Source: a candidate division WOR-3 bacterium
GTDB lineage: Bacteria; Hydrothermota; Tepidihabitantia; Tepidihabitantales; JAOUPE01
DNA: 35,511 nucleotides
NCBI GenBank assembly: GCA_039801565.1
Contig: JBDRUX010000010.1
Span: 1-35,511 of the forward strand
Direction: 5' to 3'
The translations under genes and the position numbers were made by a program. Below are positions 27,296 to 35,511 of this stretch, in pieces. Below the pieces are notes generated by a model. That model saw only the letters and a program-made list of their open reading frames with translations, was not told the DNA's origin and searched no databases. The number at the start of each line of letters is the position of its first letter. The stretch's first letter is position 1.

Positions 27296-28840
27296 CTATC
27301 GCCAAACATTCCGGTCCAGGGTTCGATACTGAATCGCTTCTGCGATATGCGGCGGCATAATATTATCTACCGCAGCTAAATCCGCAATGGTGCGAGCAAC
27401 TTTGAGAATTCGGTCATAGGCGCGTGCCGAAAGTCCAAGATGGTCAATCGCCTGTTTCAGCAATTTGGCACAAGGTTCGTCAATTTCGCAAAACCGCTTA
27501 ATCTCTTTGGTCTCCATCTGTCCATTACAGAAAATTGGTCGGCGCCGTTTAAGATTCTTAAACCGTTCCAATTGAATCTGCCGTGCCTTATTCACTCGTT
27601 CCCGAATCTTAGCCGATGGCTCGCCGGGTTCTTTTTGGGCAAGTTCTTCATACCTTAAAGCTGGCACTTCAATGTGAATATCAATCCGGTCTAGCATCGG
27701 ACCCGAGACCCTGGTTCGATACTTCATAATTTGATTCGGTGTACAAGAGCATTCGTGGTTAGGGTCAGAGTAAAAACCGCACGGGCAAGGGTTCATTGAG
27801 GCCGCCAACATAAAACGAGCCGGATAGGTTAAGGTCATCTTTGCCCGCCCGATTGTGACATAACCGTCTTCCAATGGTTGGCGCAAGGATTCTAAGGTAT
27901 CACGATGGAATTCCGGCAACTCGTCTAAGAAGAGTACACCATTGTGTGCTAATGAAACATCACCAGGTTTAGGGTATTGACCGCCACCAATTAAACTGGC
28001 TTCGGTTGCGCTATGATGCGGTGCCCGAAACGGACGAGTACCAATTAAAGGTTGACCAGGCGGTAATGTACCAGCCACACTGTGAATTTTTGTAGTCTCC
28101 AGTGCCTCGGCAAGTTCCATTTTGGGTAAAATGGTTGGCAGGCGCCTTGCCAACATTGTCTTGCCCGAACCTGGTGGACCAATCATTAAGATATTATGGC
28201 CGCCAGCAACTGCGACTTCTAAGGCGCGTTTGGCATGCTCTTGCCCCTTCACCTCAGCAAAATCAACACCGTAGTCAGAAACATCCTGAAAGATTTCATC
28301 CAAGTTGGCTTGAGCCGGTTCGATTGTCTTTTGATTATTGAGAAATTGCACAACCTCAACCAGATTTTCTGCTGGGAAGATTGGAATTGTTTTAGCCATC
28401 GCCGCCTCTTTGGCGTTAGCTTTTGGTAGAATCATCCCTTTTAAATTGTTATCTTTGCAACTCAATGCCATAACAATTACGCCTTTAACTGGTCGCAAAA
28501 GGCCATCAAGTGAAAGTTCACCTAATATCAAGAAGTTATTTAAATTGGTTGTCGTTATTTCGCCAGCCGCAGCTAAAATCCCTACCGCGATTGGCAAATC
28601 AAAGGCCGGACCTTCTTTTTTTATATCAGCCGGGGCAAGATTAACCGTAATTCGCCTTAAAGGAAAACTGAAACCAGAATTTTTGATTGCCGCCTGAACC
28701 CGATGTTCGGATTCTTTTACCGCGGTATCCGGTAATCCGACGGTAGTAAAGATTGGTACACCTCGCGTTAAATCAACCTCTACTTCAACAATATAGCCGT
28801 CAATGCCATAAACACCGGCCGACAAAACTTTTGCTAACAT
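27296..28840 (-). CDS. comM: YifB/ComM family Mg-chelatase-like AAA+ ATPase
   Basis: [22 protein letters not shown], Walker [51 protein letters not shown]. Confidence 0.93.
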   Translation of the reverse strand: MLAKVLSAGVYGIDGYIVEVEVDLTRGVPIFTTVGLPDTAVKESEHRVQAAIKNSGFSFPLRRITVNLAPADIKKEGPAFDLPIAVGILAAAGEITTTNLNNFLILGELSLDGLLRPVKGVIVMALSCKDNNLKGMILPKANAKEAAMAKTIPIFPAENLVEVVQFLNNQKTIEPAQANLDEIFQDVSDYGVDFAEVKGQEHAKRALEVAVAGGHNILMIGPPGSGKTMLARRLPTILPKMELAEALETTKIHSVAGTLPPGQPLIGTRPFRAPHHSATEASLIGGGQYPKPGDVSLAHNGVLFLDELPEFHRDTLESLRQPLEDGYVTIGRAKMTLTYPARFMLAASMNPCPCGFYSDPNHECSCTPNQIMKYRTRVSGPMLDRIDIHIEVPALRYEELAQKEPGEPSAKIRERVNKARQIQLERFKNLKRRRPIFCNGQMETKEIKRFCEIDEPCAKLLKQAIDHLGLSARAYDRILKVARTIADLAAVDNIMPPHIAEAIQYRTLDRNVWR

Positions 28841-28847
28841 CTTGACA

Positions 28848-28875
28848 ATTTTATTCTTGAAAAAGCAAAAGTCAA
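28848..28875 (-). promoter_or_regulatory. Putative leaderless promoter of comM/yifB
   Basis: TTGACT (28875-28870), 16 nt, TAAAAT (28853-28848), 7 nt, ATG; no SD. Confidence 0.7.
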
Positions 28876-29116
28876 GATGCTGACAGCGTGTGGTTTTTGG
28901 GTTTACAGTTTTTGAAAGTCAAAATATTGAGTTTGCAAAATATTCATCATTTCTTTTCGACCTTTGTTTTGATTGATTTCATAAGCGTCAATCAGTGTTA
29001 AGCCGCGGTTATAATCTTTCTGCTTTAACTCAGTTTTATAATCAATTACCATTCAGTACATTCGCATTATTCCAAAATTTTCAAGAAGCGATTTTTATTG
29101 TTTTCACCAATATCAT

Positions 29117-29145
29117 ATTATACGGAAGCAATAGAAAAGTGACAA
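29117..29145 (-). promoter_or_regulatory. Orphan near-consensus sigma70 promoter
   Basis: TTGTCA (29145-29140), 17 nt, TATAAT (29122-29117). Confidence 0.45.
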
Positions 29146-29197
29146 AAATTTAGATCACTCGGGTCACCCAGCAATCTAAGCGACATCAACTTAGCTC

Positions 29198-29222
29198 TAA
29201 GTCTTTTGAATCATTCAACTTA
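29198..29222. repeat. 25-bp TAAGT-N15-ACTTA box, copy 3
   Basis: TAAGT cttttgaatcattca ACTTA, perfect inverted 5-bp ends. Confidence 0.45.
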
Positions 29223-29349
29223 TTAGATGCTAAAATTCCCATCAAAGCCTGCTCTGTTGTCAGGACCGATTTTTGGTAGGATTTGGCTTGGTATTTACCT
29301 TATATTTTTTAGAAATCTCTGATATTTTGTTCCCAAAATTTGTAAGTTC

Positions 29350-29377
29350 TTGACTTTTTTCTGAATTTAAGTGAAAT
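29350..29377 (+). promoter_or_regulatory. Putative promoter of the glycosylation operon
   Basis: TTGACT (29350-29355), 16 nt, TGAAAT (29372-29377), 6 nt, GTG; the -10 is non-canonical. Confidence 0.4.
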
Positions 29378-29383
29378 AGAAAG

Positions 29384-31261
29384 GTGATTGAATTAAGGGC
29401 AAAAATAAAAGACCTCGGGCTCAGAGTTCAGTTTAAAAATGCGTTATTCATTTCAATTATTGTATTACTCTCAATTATAATTTATGCCAATACGCTTTGG
29501 AACGGATTTGTCTATGATGATATGGACGAAATCGTCAATAATCAATGGATAAAACAACTAAAGAACCTCTTTTCGCCTTGTCATCGTTACCGAATTACCG
29601 AAACCATTACCCTTTGGTCTGATTATCAATTGTGGGGTCTTTCACCTTCGGGTTATCATTTGACGAGTTTACTGTTTCATATCTTAGTTTCAGTTGGTAT
29701 CTATCTTTTGGCTAATTTAATTTTAAAAAGTCCCTTGCCATCTTTTTTTACCGGTTTACTTTTCGCGACACATCCAGTTCATACCGAGGCAGTTTCCGTG
29801 ATTTCGCACCGGCAAGAACTCTTAGCGATGCTATTTATGATAATTTCGTTAATCTTATATATAAAAGGTCGCCAAACCGCTCTGACTTCTCAGCGATTCA
29901 TTATTTTCCTTTCGTTGGTCGTTTATTTCTTAGCAATGGCAGCCAAAGAAATTGCAATTATTTTGCCAATCATCATCTTCCTTTATGATTTATACTTCTC
30001 ACAAAATGCCCAGCGATTTAGGATGAGCAATATCAGGTGGTATCTTCTTTATCCCTTGGTTTTTGGACTATTTTTTCTCTTTTCCATCACTGGTCCACGC
30101 TGGCGGTTCCGTTATCCCGGCTTTAATGTTGTCTCCTTGGGTCATAGCCTTGCCGGTGGGCGTTCCTATGGTTCGATTCTGCTTAGCCAGTTAAAAGGAT
30201 TCTTAGAATACCTTCGTTTGCTCGTTTATCCCAAACGATTATTGATTGACTACTATTTTCCGATTCAACCATCGTTTCAATTAAATTCGTTATTTCCACT
30301 TTTGCTGTTAATTGGACTTATTGCCTTAATGATTATTCTCTACCGACATAACAAAATAATTTCATTTGGATTGGCTTGGTTTTTCATCAATCTCTTACCA
30401 GTCGCTAACATTATACCCAAGACATTTTTTGTTGCCGAGCGTTATCTTTATGTTCCATCCTTCGGTTTTTGTCTTATCCTCGGCTATTGCTTATGGCAAC
30501 TAATAACCAAAAAATCTTTAAGCGTTTTGGGCATTATTCTCTTTGGGGTAATCCTAACTGGCTATTCAATTAGAACAATTCGACGTAACTTTGACTTTAA
30601 ATCTGAATACACCCTCTGGTCGAAGACAATAAAAGATAATCCGATGTCGGCAACTGGCTATAATAATTTGGGTGTAGCGTTACTAAATTCGGGTGCGATT
30701 GAAGCGTCAATCGAAAATTTTAAAAAGGCAACTGAGTTAGTCCCCAACTTTGCCAAACCATACTTTAACCTTGGCGTCGCTTATCTAAATTCAGGTTGTT
30801 ATCCTGAAGCAGTTGAGAATCTTACTAAGGCAATCCGATTCGACCCAAAATCTTTTGAAAGTTATATCGCTTTAGGCACGGCCTATCAGAAATTAGGTGA
30901 CCATCGGCTGGCAATCGAAACTTTCCAAAAAGCCTTAATATTAAAAGAAGATGTTAAACTCTATTATGCCTTAGGCATATCGTTTCGAGAAATTGAGCAA
31001 TTCGATGATGCGCTTTTTGCGTTTAAGCGAGCAGTCGCACTGAACCCGGATTTTGGCGAGGCGCATAATGATTTGGGTATTGAATATGGTAGAAAAGGAC
31101 TATACAATGAAGCAATTAGAGAGTTCAATCTTGCGATTACCAAGCTATCCAATCCAGCTTTGGCTTATCACAACCTTGGTCTGGTTTATCAAAAGAAAGG
31201 TGAGCCGGAAAAGGCGAAAGAAGCTTATCAAAAAGCCAAAAGATTCCAATGCGAAAATTGA
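29384..31261 (+). CDS. TMTC-like GT-C membrane glycosyltransferase with C-terminal TPRs
   Basis: NGFVYDD, GYHLTSLLFH, LFATHPVHTEAV, AAKE, AERYLYVP, about 11 hydrophobic helices, repeated YNNLG/YFNLG/HNDLG TPR motifs. Confidence 0.88.
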   Translation: MIELRAKIKDLGLRVQFKNALFISIIVLLSIIIYANTLWNGFVYDDMDEIVNNQWIKQLKNLFSPCHRYRITETITLWSDYQLWGLSPSGYHLTSLLFHILVSVGIYLLANLILKSPLPSFFTGLLFATHPVHTEAVSVISHRQELLAMLFMIISLILYIKGRQTALTSQRFIIFLSLVVYFLAMAAKEIAIILPIIIFLYDLYFSQNAQRFRMSNIRWYLLYPLVFGLFFLFSITGPRWRFRYPGFNVVSLGHSLAGGRSYGSILLSQLKGFLEYLRLLVYPKRLLIDYYFPIQPSFQLNSLFPLLLLIGLIALMIILYRHNKIISFGLAWFFINLLPVANIIPKTFFVAERYLYVPSFGFCLILGYCLWQLITKKSLSVLGIILFGVILTGYSIRTIRRNFDFKSEYTLWSKTIKDNPMSATGYNNLGVALLNSGAIEASIENFKKATELVPNFAKPYFNLGVAYLNSGCYPEAVENLTKAIRFDPKSFESYIALGTAYQKLGDHRLAIETFQKALILKEDVKLYYALGISFREIEQFDDALFAFKRAVALNPDFGEAHNDLGIEYGRKGLYNEAIREFNLAITKLSNPALAYHNLGLVYQKKGEPEKAKEAYQKAKRFQCEN

Positions 31262-32379
31262 AACTACTTCAACTCAATGCCGGAACAAATTTAGGTGGCA
31301 CTGAGATTATGCTTTTACGTTTTTTAGACAATGTGGATAGAAATCGGTTCCAAGTGATAGTCGGTGCCTTCTTTGATAATGATCCGCTTATCTCCGAAGT
31401 TCAAAAACGAGGTTTTGAGGGCAAGTTATTTAGAATAAAAAACTGCTACAATCCATTTGCGGTATTAATTGCCTTTTTTTCGGTTTACCGTTTCTTAAAA
31501 TCGAGAAAGGTGGATATAATCCATCTTTATGGTTTCTATACCAACATCTTAGGAAAGATTGCAGCAAGATTTGCCAAAACCCCAATTGTCGTCACTGGTC
31601 TACGGATGGAAAGATTTGGTAAGAATTTTTTCCATTCGCTTTTAGCCCGAATTACCGATAGCTGGACCGACCTCTATATCGCAGTTTCCCAACGCACAAA
31701 AGCACTGATGCTTCAAAAAAGATGGCTTAGTAAAAAGAAGGTGATTGTGATTCATAGCGGGATTGACCCAAAATGGAGTGCCAGTTCGTCGAAGGATGAC
31801 AACCCTGACACGCAAGCACCCCAAGCGCCTTGGGTTGGGATGGTTGGAGCATTTAATCAATTTAAGGCACAGGAGAAGATTGTTCTATCGGCACCTCTCG
31901 TCTTAAAAAATTTTCCCACAACCAGATTTATTTTGGTTGGGGAAGGCAAAACAAAGGAACGAATAATTAGAATGATTGCTAAATTGGGATTAAAACCTAA
32001 TTTTGATTTATTTGGCACCGTATCCGATATAAGACCAATCCTATCTAAATTATCGGTCTTTGTCTTTGCTTCTCGCACCGAAGGATTGCCGGTAGCAATC
32101 TTAGAGGCGATGGCGTTTGGCTTACCAGTAGTTGCCTCTTGTGTCGGTGGCATCCCAGAATTGATTGAAGATGGTGTCACTGGAATTTTGGTCAAATCCA
32201 ATGAACCGGAAGAGTTCGCTTCCGCAATAATCCAATTACTATCCAATCCAGCTAAGGCAAGACTTCTTGGTAAAATGGGTAGATTGAGAATACAAAAGGA
32301 ATTTAATCTTAAAGCAATGACAAGACGATTAGAAGAAGTTTATCATAGATTAGCCGAGGAAAAAGGGATTAAAGAATGA
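31249..32379 (+). CDS. GT4 family glycosyltransferase
   Basis: GGTE, SRTEGLPVAILEAMAFGLPVVAS..GGIPELIEDGVTG. Confidence 0.93.
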   Translation: MRKLKLLQLNAGTNLGGTEIMLLRFLDNVDRNRFQVIVGAFFDNDPLISEVQKRGFEGKLFRIKNCYNPFAVLIAFFSVYRFLKSRKVDIIHLYGFYTNILGKIAARFAKTPIVVTGLRMERFGKNFFHSLLARITDSWTDLYIAVSQRTKALMLQKRWLSKKKVIVIHSGIDPKWSASSSKDDNPDTQAPQAPWVGMVGAFNQFKAQEKIVLSAPLVLKNFPTTRFILVGEGKTKERIIRMIAKLGLKPNFDLFGTVSDIRPILSKLSVFVFASRTEGLPVAILEAMAFGLPVVASCVGGIPELIEDGVTGILVKSNEPEEFASAIIQLLSNPAKARLLGKMGRLRIQKEFNLKAMTRRLEEVYHRLAEEKGIKE

Positions 32380-33722
32380 AGCGTGTCCTTCTCATTTCGC
32401 CACCGGTTAGAAACCAGAACAAAGTTGACTTAATTCCTTATGGTTTACTCTCGATTGGTGGTTTTCTAAGAAAATACGGCTATGAAGTAAGGGTTTATAA
32501 CAGTGCTTTTCCTTACTCAACCCCTTACCAAGTAAAAATTGAGCGGACTAATCAGGTGATAAAGGATTTTGTCCCAGATTTCATTGGACTTGGTTTTCCA
32601 ACCGATGGTTTGGAATCAGCCGTCACAATCGCTAAGAATGCAAAGAAAATAAATCAAGATATTATTATCATCATTGGTGGCATCCATCCAACTGCTCAAC
32701 CAATCGAGACCCTTGCGATACCTTACTTTGACTATCTTGTTTCGGGTGAAGGTGAGATAACAGCCAAAGAACTGCTCGATGCCTTGATTGCTAATAAAAA
32801 TACTGGCTTGGTTAAGGGAATAGCTTATAAAAGTGAAGGTCGGATAATATCTAATGAGCCAAGAACAGAAATCTTAGACCTGGATGAGATTCCCTTTGCG
32901 AATCGGGATTTGCTCATTGATTTAGAAAAATATCCGAAATCGGCATTAGGACAAATCCATACCAGCCGGGGTTGCCCTTACCAATGCGCTTACTGCTCTT
33001 CAGCGATAATCTGGAAAAAGAAAGTGAGGTTTCGTTCAGTTGCCAATGTGCTACAGGAGATAGATTATCTCTATAATCAATACCAAGTCCGGAAATTTAA
33101 TTTTGCCGATGATAATTTCCTTTTAGAACCTGAACGGGTCAGAATGATTTGCCAGGAACTGATAAAAAGAAGATACCAGATTCAATGGCGCTGTTGTGCC
33201 CGGGCTGATATTCATCATAACTTTAACCTCGACCTTCTAAGATTAATCCGGAAATCGGGTGGCAGGGAAATTTGCATCGGCTTTGAATCCGGTTCCCAAT
33301 TCATACTTGATGCAGTATCACGCCAAGTTAAATTGAGTGAAACCGAGACATTCTTAAAGTTGATGAAAGACGCCAAGATAAAATTACACGCCGATTTTAT
33401 TATTGGATTGCCTGGTGAAAATAAGGAAACTCTTGATAAGACATTCCAATTGATGAAAAAGGTTTGGCAGATTTGTCAACCAATGATGAGTGTCGCCCTA
33501 TTTAAACCTTATCCTGGGACTACGGCTTATCAGCAAAAAGAAGCCATCAATTATTCTCACCTAACCAGTGAATTCAAAAATCTATTTGCCTTTGCCGAAA
33601 GTTGCAATATTAAAAGACTTGCCCGTTCGCCCAGTTATGTCAGCCAAAAACTACTCAAGAATTTGAAATCACCCAAAAAGATTTGGCAGTTAATTGCGAA
33701 AGGGATTCGAGCATGGATTTGA
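32376..33722 (+). CDS. Cobalamin-binding radical SAM protein
   Basis: B12-binding N-domain (PYGLLSIG...GGIHPT...GEGE), TSRGCPYQCAYC, FADDNF, IGFESGS, FIIGLPGE. Confidence 0.92.
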   Translation: MKRVLLISPPVRNQNKVDLIPYGLLSIGGFLRKYGYEVRVYNSAFPYSTPYQVKIERTNQVIKDFVPDFIGLGFPTDGLESAVTIAKNAKKINQDIIIIIGGIHPTAQPIETLAIPYFDYLVSGEGEITAKELLDALIANKNTGLVKGIAYKSEGRIISNEPRTEILDLDEIPFANRDLLIDLEKYPKSALGQIHTSRGCPYQCAYCSSAIIWKKKVRFRSVANVLQEIDYLYNQYQVRKFNFADDNFLLEPERVRMICQELIKRRYQIQWRCCARADIHHNFNLDLLRLIRKSGGREICIGFESGSQFILDAVSRQVKLSETETFLKLMKDAKIKLHADFIIGLPGENKETLDKTFQLMKKVWQICQPMMSVALFKPYPGTTAYQQKEAINYSHLTSEFKNLFAFAESCNIKRLARSPSYVSQKLLKNLKSPKKIWQLIAKGIRAWI

Positions 33723-35002
33723 GAAAAATTGGCTTTTGGCTAATTAGCATACTGACCAAAGAGCGTTGTTTTAAATACTACGAAGAACTGAAAAGAAGGT
33801 CAATGGTTGAAGGACTCTCCCGAGAAGAATTGTTGCAATTACAATTGGATAAGTTTAAGAGGCTACTTAACTTTTCGGTTCAGAATATCCCATTCTATCG
33901 GCAACGCTTTACTGGGTTTGACCCTTTGAGTATTAAAACGGTTGATGATATTAAGCATCTGCCGAGTCTTACTAAAGAAGAGATTAAATCAGCAGGACCA
34001 GAAGCGATTATCCAAAATCAGCGAAGATTAATCAATAGGAGAACCTCAGGGACGACTGGTCCGCCGTTTGAGTTTGTGATTGACCGGGACTTTTTCTCGA
34101 TAGAATTTGCCCGTAATCTAAGAATTTTTGATTTACCGGGTATAGAATTAGGTGAGCCTTGGGTATTATTAACTCCATTGCGTGGTAAAAAACACCCACT
34201 TTTTTCTTGGCTCTGTAATCGTTTGGTTTTGGATGCCAACCGACTAATTAAAGAACATACCCCACCCTGCTGTCCACAAGTCTCGAAAAATCATCTTCAT
34301 ACTGACGAATCGGTAATTCACGAATTTTTAGTAAAGATAAGAAAGCATCAGCCAAAGGCGATTTATAGCTATCCCTCAGCACTCACTATCTTAGCCACAT
34401 ATGTTCGGAAATGGAATATCAGAGGGGTAACTATTAAAATTATAATTTCCTCCGGTGAAGTTCTCACTAAAGAAATAAGAACTTTTTTGGAAGAGACATT
34501 TAATGGCGAAGTCTTTAATCTCTATGGTACTACCGAATTTCCAACTATTGCCGAAGAATGTAAAGCGCATAATGGCTTACACATCTTTGCTGATTCTTAT
34601 ATTGTTGAATCGGTTGACGGTGAAATTTTAGTTACTGATTTGAATAACTACACAATGCCCTTCATTCGCTTCAAGACCGGCGACCGGGGAATTATTGATA
34701 ATAATGAATGTCGGTGTGGCCGAATCTTGCCTCGGTTAGAGATTATCGAAGGTAGAATTAGTGATTTAATTATCTTGCCTGATGGCAGACTATTACGAAG
34801 AAGTTTTTTTGCTACTTTATTCAAGAAAGTTCCTGAAATTACCAGATTTGAAATCATCCAAGCCGACCGCAAAATAAGTTCGGGAGGAAAAATTAGAATT
34901 TTGCTTTTGGTTTCGAAACCGCTATCCGAAACAAGAAAAGAATTTTTAATTCGAAGATGTCAGGACCATGCGGGCAATTCGTTAGAAATTATATTCCAAT
35001 GA
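33713..35002 (+). CDS. Phenylacetate-CoA ligase-like (CapK-type) adenylate-forming protein (start likely ATG 33713)
   Basis: TSGTTG P-loop, YPSAL, SSGE, YGTTE, TDLNNYTMPFIRFKTGD, CRCGR, GRISD. Confidence 0.87.
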   Translation: MDLRKIGFWLISILTKERCFKYYEELKRRSMVEGLSREELLQLQLDKFKRLLNFSVQNIPFYRQRFTGFDPLSIKTVDDIKHLPSLTKEEIKSAGPEAIIQNQRRLINRRTSGTTGPPFEFVIDRDFFSIEFARNLRIFDLPGIELGEPWVLLTPLRGKKHPLFSWLCNRLVLDANRLIKEHTPPCCPQVSKNHLHTDESVIHEFLVKIRKHQPKAIYSYPSALTILATYVRKWNIRGVTIKIIISSGEVLTKEIRTFLEETFNGEVFNLYGTTEFPTIAEECKAHNGLHIFADSYIVESVDGEILVTDLNNYTMPFIRFKTGDRGIIDNNECRCGRILPRLEIIEGRISDLIILPDGRLLRRSFFATLFKKVPEITRFEIIQADRKISSGGKIRILLLVSKPLSETRKEFLIRRCQDHAGNSLEIIFQ

Positions 35003-35511
35003 AGGCACTGGTAATTAATTGCAGTGATGATTATAATCTTGCTACCGAAAAGATTGCTAATTGGCTAAAACGGAAGGGTTACGAAGTTCAAAAGAGTAAA
35101 CCAGGGAATGATAAGTTAATTGGTTATGATAGGATATACCTGAGTGCAATTTATACTTGGGACTTGCCGATATTAGTTCAAGAGGCGAAAAGAGCGGTTA
35201 ACTTTACAAAAGTGGAGATTGGTGGACCAGCGGTATCAGTAATGGCAGATTACATTTTTGCCGAGACCGGGATTAAACCAAAGATTGGGCTGGATAACCG
35301 CTTCGATTTAGAACCTGGTCAATATTTATCTTCTTATACTTCACGCGGTTGTATTCGAAATTGCGAATTCTGTTCGGTGCCAATCATTGAAGGGGGATTG
35401 CGGGAAATTTCTGATTTTATTTCGGCACCCTACATTCTTGACGCCAACTTTTTAGCCTGCTCAAAAAAGCATATTGAAAATGCTTGTGAGAAATTGGCTT
35501 CCCTTCCGTTT
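34999..35511 (+). CDS. Radical SAM protein with short B12-binding-like N-domain, 3'-truncated by the window edge
   Basis: Not in the ORF track. ATGA overlap with the previous gene; translates to MKALVINCSDDYNLATEKIANW...DRIYLSAIYTWD...IGGPA...YTSRGCIRNCEFCSVP..EG...ILDANFLA. Confidence 0.85.
   Translation, partial: MKALVINCSDDYNLATEKIANWLKRKGYEVQKSKPGNDKLIGYDRIYLSAIYTWDLPILVQEAKRAVNFTKVEIGGPAVSVMADYIFAETGIKPKIGLDNRFDLEPGQYLSSYTSRGCIRNCEFCSVPIIEGGLREISDFISAPYILDANFLACSKKHIENACEKLASLPF

Noticed and set aside
1758..34872. Numerous short antisense or overlapping ORFs in the track (e.g. 6170-6616, 28338-28697, 31857-32246)
   Set aside because: They lie wholly within well-supported genes and show no recognisable motifs

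Overview
AT-rich bacterial chromosomal window, tentatively from a diderm, FCB-related lineage such as candidate division WOR-3. That guess rests on the gingipain-like C25 proteins with FlgD-Ig/T9SS-type C-terminal domains and the TonB receptor + DUF4249-like pair. Left to right it holds: a split glycine cleavage operon (gcvT-gcvH-gcvPA-Cys-rich small ORF-gcvPB); a PAS histidine kinase/receiver/Zn-ribbon/GNAT operon; a TonB receptor and lipoprotein; a radical SAM gene; an AbiTii-like + coiled-coil-NYN RNase pair; three tandem giant secreted proteases (C25, S8, C25) sharing C-terminal modules; a nucleotide-sugar dehydrogenase; a YifB/ComM ATPase; and the start of a TMTC-like glycosyltransferase/GT4/B12-radical SAM/CapK-like/radical SAM operon. 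The best candidates for undescribed biology are: (1) the AbiTii-like/NYN pair, a possible defence or toxin-antitoxin module; (2) a ~200-nt rod-shaped structured RNA with its own promoter and terminator-like hairpin directly upstream of the protease operon; (3) a putative protein O-glycosylation/glycan-modification operon, together with D-S/T sequon enrichment in secreted proteins; (4) a dispersed non-coding element made of a 25-bp TAAGT-N15-ACTTA box plus a degenerate 12-bp-period array; (5) a recurrent TTGAC(T/A)-N16-TAnnnT leaderless promoter architecture. No rRNA, tRNA, CRISPR array or transposase was seen. Family assignments are by eye, not database results.
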